Shown: piece by piece, positions 35,893 to 42,427 of the stretch
Layout of the letters: every line of letters begins with the position of its first letter
Numbering within the stretch: position 1 is the first letter of the stretch
NCBI GenBank assembly: GCA_965215005.1
Contig: CBDCCZ010000016.1
Location: 1-42,427 of the forward strand
Direction of reading: 5' to 3'
Source: Kofleriaceae bacterium
GTDB taxonomy: Bacteria; Myxococcota_A; Polyangia; Haliangiales; Haliangiaceae
DNA length: 42,427 nucleotides
Made by a program: the position numbers and the translations under genes
The notes under the pieces: generated by a model
The model's input: only the letters and a program-made list of their open reading frames with translations
Databases searched by the model: none
Told to the model about the DNA's origin: nothing

Positions 35893-36129
35893 ATGTCTCG
35901 GGTATGTCAGGTCACCGGCAAGCAAGCACTCGTCGGGCACAAAGTTAGCCACTCCAACCACAAGACCAAACGCCGGTTCGAGGTCAATCTGCAGAGCAAG
36001 CGGTTTTGGCTGGAGGATGAGCGTCGTTGGGTCAAGCTGCGCGTGTCCACGCGCGGTATGCGCATCATTGATAAGCGAGGCCTGAGCACCATCATCAAAG
36101 AGATGCGTGCTCGCGGCGAGAAGGTGTAG
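35893..36129 (+). CDS. rpmB: 50S ribosomal protein L28 (long, Zn-ribbon-less form)
   Basis: [10 protein letters not shown]...[22 protein letters not shown]...[17 protein letters not shown]. Confidence 0.97.
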   Translation: MSRVCQVTGKQALVGHKVSHSNHKTKRRFEVNLQSKRFWLEDERRWVKLRVSTRGMRIIDKRGLSTIIKEMRARGEKV

Positions 36130-36163
36130 CTCACGCCTCGTGCGCTGCGCGATCGGCGATCGA

Positions 36164-37612
36164 GTGATCATCAAATCCGCTCTCGCGGCGATAAGGTGCA
36201 AGCCAAGCCTCGTGCTCTGCGCGAGGCTTTTGGGAACAGCGGCGCTCGCCGCGTGCTTCGTTAGCTGTAAGAGCAGCTCTTCTACCGCGCCTCGAGCGCC
36301 GGGTCACGAGGTCGAGCTCGGAGCTGTGGAAGCGATCGCATTCACCGCTCCCGCGTACGCTTCTGGACGTGCGGTGACGGTGCTACCAAGTGGTGCGCTG
36401 GTGGCCGGCGGCTCGTTCGAGACCTCCCTGTCGGCGGCTGACGGTCTGCGGCTCGAGAGGTCACCAGCGCCGCTAATCGAGAGCAAAGGCGCCGCTGGTT
36501 TCGTCGTGCAGCTAGCTGATCGCGTCGCGAATGCCGAGGGTTCAGAGGCCCGTGGCGAGGCGGTGGTCGCCCTTGCTGCGCGACCCGCCGGCGGCTATGT
36601 ACGCGCCTGGGCGCTAGCGCAAAGCACGGCGCTGATCGAAGCCGTGGAGGCCGACCAGCGAATCGGCTGGAGCCACGAGCTCCGCACCACCAACTACGCG
36701 CGGGTCGCCGACATCGCGGTGGCAGGCGATGGTGCCACGGCCGTCGCCGGCAGCTTCGCTGGCACGTTGCGCATCGGTGACCAGGTGTTGACCAGCGCCG
36801 GCGTGGCCGATGGCTTCGCGGCGCTCATCGAGCCGGGTGGCAAGGTCGCTTGGGCCGTGCGGGTCGGCGGCCCCGGCGCGGATCACGTGCACGGGGTCGA
36901 TCTCGACGCACGGCATATCGCCCTGGCCGGCACGTTCACCCTGCGCGCCGAGCTGCGTGATCAGCAGCTGGTCGGCGCCGGCAAGCGACCTCATCCCGAC
37001 GGGTTCGTCGCGGTGCTCGACCGCAGCGGCGCTGTCGCTTGGCTGCGCGGTTTTGGCGATCCCGGCGGCGACGGCGCGTTCGGCGCCGTACTCGCGGACG
37101 AGAGGCTAATCGCCGTGGGAACCTTTGATGGAGTCACCGATCCCACGGGCGAGCGGCTCCAAGCCAGCGGCGGCAGCGACGGATTCGTCGCCGCCTGGCA
37201 GGCCAGCGATGGCACTCCGCTGTGGAGCCTGCGCCTGGGCGGCGATGCTGCGGACGAGGCGGTCCACCTGGCGCGGTTTGGCAGCACCGTGGTGGTCGGA
37301 GGCACCTTTGCCTCCCACGTTGAGCTCGGTGCGCATTCCGCAGATAGCGCCGGCGGCCAAGACGTCTTCCTCGCCGGCGTCGCGGTGGAGGATGGCCAGA
37401 TTCTGTGGGCGCAAGCCTGGGGAGGCGCCGGGCAAGATTCTCTCGGGGATGTCGACAGCAACGGCGAGGTGCTTGCGGTGACCGGGACGTTCTCGGGGAC
37501 CGCCACCATCGCGGGCGTGGCCTTGGAAGGTCCCCCCTCGGCCCTCTCCGCGTTCGTGACGGCGCTGCGCCTCATGACTCCTGGCGATGTTCCTCGCCTT
37601 TCCGGGCGGTAA
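36164..37612 (+). CDS. Secreted or lipid-anchored beta-propeller repeat protein
   Basis: Signal-like N-terminus ending FVSC; repeats of the type VAGSF.G...IG...LTSAG..DGF......G...W..R.GG.G.D; start uncertain. Confidence 0.75.
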   Translation: MIIKSALAAIRCKPSLVLCARLLGTAALAACFVSCKSSSSTAPRAPGHEVELGAVEAIAFTAPAYASGRAVTVLPSGALVAGGSFETSLSAADGLRLERSPAPLIESKGAAGFVVQLADRVANAEGSEARGEAVVALAARPAGGYVRAWALAQSTALIEAVEADQRIGWSHELRTTNYARVADIAVAGDGATAVAGSFAGTLRIGDQVLTSAGVADGFAALIEPGGKVAWAVRVGGPGADHVHGVDLDARHIALAGTFTLRAELRDQQLVGAGKRPHPDGFVAVLDRSGAVAWLRGFGDPGGDGAFGAVLADERLIAVGTFDGVTDPTGERLQASGGSDGFVAAWQASDGTPLWSLRLGGDAADEAVHLARFGSTVVVGGTFASHVELGAHSADSAGGQDVFLAGVAVEDGQILWAQAWGGAGQDSLGDVDSNGEVLAVTGTFSGTATIAGVALEGPPSALSAFVTALRLMTPGDVPRLSGR

Positions 37613-37691
37613 CCCGCGCCGGCGCAGCGGCTCGCGCAACCGCCAAGGCGCAACGTACCCCGTCGCTCACGTCGCATTGGCGGCCTACGTG

Positions 37692-38741
37692 CTACTCGCC
37701 AGTCGCCGGAGTCTCCGATTCAAGCACCGTGAAGCGAACGTTGCCGAGCCGCGACTGCAGCTCCACCAGGGCCGAGCCGCGCTCGGAGAGCAGCCGCGGT
37801 TCTGCTCGCTCGCTGCTGCGGTCGTCGAGCTCGGCGACCATGGCGCCCCCCGCAGCACGCACCAGTCGCACCCCGGCGGGTGCACGCACAGCGCCCCGCG
37901 GCGCGCGGCTCACCACCCGCACCGGCGTGCGCACCAGCCGCGCCAGCTGCACCTCGACGTTGCCCTGATACGTGGACAGCCGATAGCTGCCCCCCACCAA
38001 CAACGTGCCCGCAAACCGCACGTCGCCGCGGGTTGCCCGCAACGCGACGTGTCTTGCATGAATGCGGGAGCCGGCGATGTCGCCCTCATGGGTGCTGGCG
38101 TCTAGGCTCTCGCCGCGCACCAGCTGAAAATCCAAGTCGCCGAACATGCCCTGCGCATCCACCGTGCCCACGACCTCATTGAACCGCTGACTGCCGCGGG
38201 CACTGTGACTAACGATGGTCCCTGAGCAGTGACGGACTGCGATGTTGCCGCGATTGGCGATGAGCTCGGCGCCCGCGTCCATGCCTGTGACGGTGAGAGT
38301 GCCATTCCAAACCTGCGCGCGAACTCGTGCGCCGCGTGGCGCGCGCACCACCAAGTCGATCTTGACGGTGCCGGCGCGCAGCGGTCGAGCCTCGTTGGCG
38401 GTGGTGATGGAGGTACCGATGCGCACCGGACCGGCCGGCGACGGGATCAGCGAGACTTTCAGTCGGTCGAGGCTATCGTCATCGGGAGCTCGCTTGAACG
38501 CAAAGATCATCACGCTGGCGCCGTCGTGGCCCTCGACGCGCACATCACCGAGGCGATTATCGATATCGACGAGCTCGAACGAGACCTGATCGGCCGGCGC
38601 CACCTCCACCGCATCGCGCTCATAGACGCCCGTAGCTTCTCGCTCGGGTGCCGCCGCCGCGACTCTTGCGGTCGCAACGAATAGGAGCGCTGCACCGCCG
38701 AGACTGACGCCCAAGCCTCCGCCGCCGAGGCGCCCCGTCAC
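37692..38741 (-). CDS. DUF4097-like (putative adhesin) beta-strand repeat protein
   Basis: Signal peptide; repeats IDNRLGDVRV, ANRGNI, STHEGDI, ATRGDV, STYQGNV, SRLGNV; start overlaps the anti-sigma stop. Confidence 0.8.
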   Translation of the reverse strand: MTGRLGGGGLGVSLGGAALLFVATARVAAAAPEREATGVYERDAVEVAPADQVSFELVDIDNRLGDVRVEGHDGASVMIFAFKRAPDDDSLDRLKVSLIPSPAGPVRIGTSITTANEARPLRAGTVKIDLVVRAPRGARVRAQVWNGTLTVTGMDAGAELIANRGNIAVRHCSGTIVSHSARGSQRFNEVVGTVDAQGMFGDLDFQLVRGESLDASTHEGDIAGSRIHARHVALRATRGDVRFAGTLLVGGSYRLSTYQGNVEVQLARLVRTPVRVVSRAPRGAVRAPAGVRLVRAAGGAMVAELDDRSSERAEPRLLSERGSALVELQSRLGNVRFTVLESETPATGE

Positions 38742-39442
38742 GGCGCGTCCCCGGCGGGCACTTCGCCGAGCGCCACTTGCTGTAAGAACGCGATCTCCTC
38801 GCGGTATAGCGCGTAGAGCGGGTCGCGCGCCGGCGTCGGCTCGGCAGCGGCCACCGCAGCGAGCTGATGCTGCCGCGCCGCTTGTTCGAACGCAGCGACT
38901 CTGGCGTCGAACGCCTGCCGCGCTGCCGCCGGCCAGCCCTCCCGTTCGGTTGCGACAATCGCTTGCAGCTCCGCGATGACGGCACGATATTCCGCGTCAG
39001 CCGCGGCAACCTCGGCCGCACGCGCCGCAAACAGCTCTGCGGCGCGACCCTCGTCGAGACCTTGCGAAACCCGATCGTCGACCACCGCGCCGCGCGAGCG
39101 CTGCGGTGCTATCCACCACAGCAGCAACGCCGCGGCGACCATCACCACCGTCGCAGGGACCCAAACCGGCCGCACCGCTCGCCACCACCACCACATCCGC
39201 GGACGCCGCGAATCGACGATTTCCTCCTCCGCGAGCCGCCGCTGCACCCCTTCCCACAGCGCCGGGGGCGGGTCGAGTGATTCGAGCGACGCCGCTGCGT
39301 CGACCAAGGCAGCCAGATCTTCGACCAGCTCGCGGCTGTCGGCATCGGTCCGCAGATGACCGCGAAACGCGCTGGCTCGATCCTCGTCGAGCTCGCCGTC
39401 GAGATACAAAGAGGCCAGCGTATCGACATCTCGCCGCCGCAT
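38738..39442 (-). CDS. Membrane-bound anti-sigma factor (ZAS-like but lacking cysteines)
   Basis: LYLDGEL...HLRTDADS N-terminus, PPPALW linker, single TM; start directly follows the ECF stop. Confidence 0.8.
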   Translation of the reverse strand: MRRRDVDTLASLYLDGELDEDRASAFRGHLRTDADSRELVEDLAALVDAAASLESLDPPPALWEGVQRRLAEEEIVDSRRPRMWWWWRAVRPVWVPATVVMVAAALLLWWIAPQRSRGAVVDDRVSQGLDEGRAAELFAARAAEVAAADAEYRAVIAELQAIVATEREGWPAAARQAFDARVAAFEQAARQHQLAAVAAAEPTPARDPLYALYREEIAFLQQVALGEVPAGDAP

Positions 39443-40096
39443 TTAGCCTCTGCGGCCGCGCTCCGCCGCGAGCTCGGGACCGAGCAGCTCACGCATCTTG
39501 GCCCGTGCCTTGTGCAGCTGCGACTTCGAGGTGCCGACGCGGCAGCCGAGGATCGCCGCACATTCCTCGTGCGATAGGCCCTCGATGTCGTGCAGCACCA
39601 AAATCGCCCGGTACCCGGGCGGTAATTCCCCCAGGGCGACCTCCAGCCGCTGCGACAGCTTGGGGTCCCGCAACGTCGGCTGCGGCGCCGCGACGGTCGC
39701 GAGGATCTCGTCACTCACCTCGGCGCGCCGGCTGCGTTTGCTGGCGTGGCTGAGCGCCGCGTTGACGGCGAGGCGGTAAATCCACGTTCCCAGCGCCGAC
39801 TCGCCGCGAAATTTGGGCAGGCCGCGAAAGATGCGCACGAAGACCTCTTGTGCGACCTCCTCGGACTCCGAAGCGCCGACGATGCGGGTGACGAGCCCGA
39901 ACACCCGCCGCTTGTATTGATGATAAAGCGCCTCCATCGCCCGCGCTTCACCACGCCTACACGCGGCGATGAGCGCGGCGTCCTCGGGCGCCGCCGCGGT
40001 GACGCGACGCTGCTTGGGACGAGGGATAGAAACAGAGTTGGCTTTGCTGGCGGTGGTCACGACCTCGAGATCTCGCTTGTTTACAGGAGCGCGCAT
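39443..40096 (-). CDS. ECF-family RNA polymerase sigma factor
   Basis: Region 2 (EEVAQEVFVRIFRGLPKFRGESALGTWIYRLAVN) and region 4 (LHDIEGLSHEECAAILGCRVGTSKSQLHKAR); start chosen at ATG 40096. Confidence 0.93.
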   Translation of the reverse strand: MRAPVNKRDLEVVTTASKANSVSIPRPKQRRVTAAAPEDAALIAACRRGEARAMEALYHQYKRRVFGLVTRIVGASESEEVAQEVFVRIFRGLPKFRGESALGTWIYRLAVNAALSHASKRSRRAEVSDEILATVAAPQPTLRDPKLSQRLEVALGELPPGYRAILVLHDIEGLSHEECAAILGCRVGTSKSQLHKARAKMRELLGPELAAERGRRG

Positions 40097-40146
40097 CGAC
40101 AGGACTGGCTCACCGCACGCGGCGCAAGCGCAACCCGAGCCTCTTG

Positions 40147-40173
40147 AGACTGGCAACGCGGGCAGAGGGTTGC
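40147..40173 (-). promoter_or_regulatory. Candidate ECF-dependent (autoregulatory) promoter
   Basis: Minus strand reads GCAAC-N18-GTCT about 50 nt upstream of the sigma start, fitting the AAC...GTC ECF pattern. Confidence 0.45.
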
Positions 40174-40335
40174 TCGGAGGCATCCCAGGCCGGCAGCGTG
40201 CGTCGCCGGTGTGGTGCCGTCGAACCGCGCGGCTCCTGCGACCATGGCTGCCGTCCCTCGCACTGCACAGTCTTAGGTAGCACGCCCCGGCCGCGCCGGG
40301 AGCGGCCGCCGCCCCGCGATGGTATGCTCGGCCGC

Positions 40336-41244
40336 GTGTCGCGTCCGCTCGTCGCAACGCTGGGTCGAGTCTCGGTCGACTTCGTCGGTGTGACCGCCCG
40401 CATGCCGGAGCCAGATGCCGACGCCGAGCTCGATCGCATTTCGGTGCAGGTGGGCGGCAGCGCGGCCATCGCCGTGGGCACCGCCGTTGCGTTAGGCTGT
40501 GCCGGCCGGATCGGCGCGCGCCTCGCCGATGATGTGCTCGGCAGTTACGCGCTGCGAGCCTTGGCAACCGCGGGCATCGACACCCGCTGCGTCCGGCAGG
40601 TCGACCGTCATCTCTCGCCGCTGAGCTTTGCCGGTCTCACCCGCGATCACCGCGAGCGACTCTGCTTTCGCAGCGACGGCGACATCGGCGAGCTCGAGCC
40701 GCTCGATCTCGAGCCCCTCGATTTATTGCAGGACGCCGCCGTGCTGCTCGTTGATGGCCGCTATCCGCCGCTGCAGGCGCACATCGCCCGCATTGCCCGC
40801 GGCCGCGGCGTGCCGGTGGTGGTCGACGGCAGCGCGCTCCGCGACGGCACCGAAGAGCTGATAGCGCTGGCCGACGTATTGCTTTGCTCGGAGCGCCTGG
40901 CCACCGAGCTGGCGCCGCGCAATCAGCTGGGCGAGTCGCTCTGGAAGCTGGCGCGTTTGGGTCCACGCGCGGTGGTGATAACCCTCGGCGACGCCGGCTG
41001 CATCGGCCTGCACGACGGCGCCATCCTCGAGCAAGCGGCGCCGGCGGTCGAAGCCATGGATGCAGCCAACGCCGGCGACGTGTTCGCAGGCGCCTTCGTC
41101 ACCGGGCTGGTGGGCGAGCTAGGCTTTGCCCGATGTCTCGAGCTGGCATGCACCGCGGCAGCGCTCAGCTGCACTGAGCTCGGTCCCTGGGCCGGCATTC
41201 CCGAGCGCGATCGCGTCCTCGAGCACATGCGTCGGCGATCGTGA
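40336..41244 (+). CDS. PfkB family carbohydrate kinase
   Basis: VGGSAA, PVVVDG, VVITLGDAGC, C-terminal DAANAGDVFAGAF with the catalytic Asp; start GTG 40336 or ATG 40324. Confidence 0.9.
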   Translation: MSRPLVATLGRVSVDFVGVTARMPEPDADAELDRISVQVGGSAAIAVGTAVALGCAGRIGARLADDVLGSYALRALATAGIDTRCVRQVDRHLSPLSFAGLTRDHRERLCFRSDGDIGELEPLDLEPLDLLQDAAVLLVDGRYPPLQAHIARIARGRGVPVVVDGSALRDGTEELIALADVLLCSERLATELAPRNQLGESLWKLARLGPRAVVITLGDAGCIGLHDGAILEQAAPAVEAMDAANAGDVFAGAFVTGLVGELGFARCLELACTAAALSCTELGPWAGIPERDRVLEHMRRRS

Positions 41245-41440
41245 GTGTCGATCGGAACTATCGACACGAGCCACCTCGCCGCGAGCGACTCAAAGCTCCG
41301 ATCGCAAGAAACGGATTGGTTCGCGTCGCCCCGTATCGGCACTCTGAGCGCATGAACGCCTCTGCTGCTGCTTTTGCGGTGATCCCGCTTTCGCTCGAGA
41401 TTGCCGAGCACGCTCGGTTTCTCTGCCGCATCGTGCGAGC

Positions 41441-42328
41441 GTGACGGCAAACCTCGAAACGCTCGTTGTGGAGCAGTCGCCAGAGCTCGATTACCGCCGC
41501 GTCGAGGCTGCCATCGAGTCGCTGCTACGCCGGCGTCATGAGCAACCGAGCCTGGCAGCCGTCGCCCGCGACGTGGGCCTCAGTGCCGCCCATTTCCAAC
41601 GGTTGTTCCAGCGATGGGCGGGTATTAGCCCCAAGCGCTTTCTCCAGGTAGTCACCGCTGTCGACGCCAAACGACTCCTGGAAGAGCGGCGCAGCACCCT
41701 GCAAACCAGCATCGAGATCGGCCTCTCGGGGCCGAGCCGGCTCCACGACTTGTTCTTGCGCATCGAGCAGATGACCCCCGGTCAATATGCCCGCCGCGCC
41801 CAGGGAGTGGCGATCTCGTGGGCGACGGCGGCCACTCCGTTTGGCGCGGCGCTGTTTGCCGCCACCGAGCGCGGCCTCTGCCACGTGGGGTTTCTCGGTG
41901 TCGAGTCCGTCGAGCACGCCGTCGCGGCGCTGCAAAAGCGCTGGCCCGAGGCGTCGCTGCGCCAGGATGCCTCGGCCGTCGCGGCCTACGCTGCGGAGCT
42001 GGGGCGACGCATCCGCGGGGCTCCAGCGAGTCCCATCGGGGTGGTCTTGAAAGGCACGCCGATGCAGCTCAGCGTATGGCAGGCGCTGCTGCAGGTACCG
42101 CGTGGAGCGCTCGTGACCTACGGCGAGGTCGCAAGCTGCATCGCCGCACCACGAGCGGCACGCGCGGTGGGCTCGGCGATCGGCGCCAATCCCCTGGCTT
42201 ACTTGATCCCGTGCCATCGAGTGCTCCGAGCGACCGGCGTGCTGGGAGGCTATCGCTGGGGCGAGCTGCGCAAGCGCGCGATGCTCGGCTTCGAGCACGC
42301 GCACACCTCATTGGCGCCCGCGTCGTGA
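41441..42328 (+). CDS. AraC-HTH / methylated-DNA--protein-cysteine methyltransferase (Ada-like, lacking the N-terminal Zn domain)
   Basis: LSAAHFQRLFQRWAGISPKRF, RLHDLF, ARAVGSAIGANP and active-site IPCHRV motifs. Confidence 0.92.
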   Translation: MTANLETLVVEQSPELDYRRVEAAIESLLRRRHEQPSLAAVARDVGLSAAHFQRLFQRWAGISPKRFLQVVTAVDAKRLLEERRSTLQTSIEIGLSGPSRLHDLFLRIEQMTPGQYARRAQGVAISWATAATPFGAALFAATERGLCHVGFLGVESVEHAVAALQKRWPEASLRQDASAVAAYAAELGRRIRGAPASPIGVVLKGTPMQLSVWQALLQVPRGALVTYGEVASCIAAPRAARAVGSAIGANPLAYLIPCHRVLRATGVLGGYRWGELRKRAMLGFEHAHTSLAPAS

Positions 42329-42427
42329 ATCACTGCGCTCACGCGGCCGCGCAAGTGGCTCAAAAGCCGTGGTCGCCCGCAAACGCGTTGGTCATGTTGC
42401 CAGGGCTGCCCCAGCGTTGGCTCCAGG

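Noticed and set aside
41441..42328. Ada without its N-terminal Zn domain as a novelty
   Set aside because: AraC-Ogt fusions lacking the Ada Zn domain are a common, known architecture.
42360..42427. Possible 3' end of a minus-strand gene (...WGSPGNMTNAFAGDHGF*)
   Set aside because: Only about 21 codons are visible at the window edge, too few to identify.

Overview
High-GC chromosomal segment that looks myxobacterial (Haliangium/Kofleriaceae-like gene content; this is an inference, not a database result). From left to right it holds a hypothetical membrane protein; yfgM-like and bamB-like genes broken by about 8 single-base insertions (probably sequencing error); a small OM beta-barrel; and a minus-strand run of lipB, Ddl-like ATP-grasp, GNAT, HEAT lipoprotein, coiled-coil protein, small membrane protein, era and der. 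Next come a HARE-HTH/histone-like/Mrr-fold protein; ddl, a transglycosylase and modA; a metallophosphoesterase; and a CpXC/HEAT protein. A tightly overlapping four-gene catabolic operon follows, headed by a 1542-aa fusion (AstD-like aldehyde dehydrogenase + lysine-6-aminotransferase-like domain + GNAT + catalytically dead second aminotransferase domain), then a class III aminotransferase and scoAB. After a divergent FHA-GAF-PP2C phosphatase lies a small accessory or decaying region (PPTase, sigma54-driven Cys-rich lipoprotein, AT-rich frameshifted lipoprotein, phosphoesterase pseudogene). The window ends with Cys-poor rpmG-rpmB, a beta-propeller lipoprotein, an ECF sigma/anti-sigma/DUF4097 triad, pfkB and an AraC-Ogt gene. 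The best candidate for an undescribed system is the fusion-enzyme operon at 22628-29867. No rRNA, tRNA, CRISPR array or transposase was recognised.
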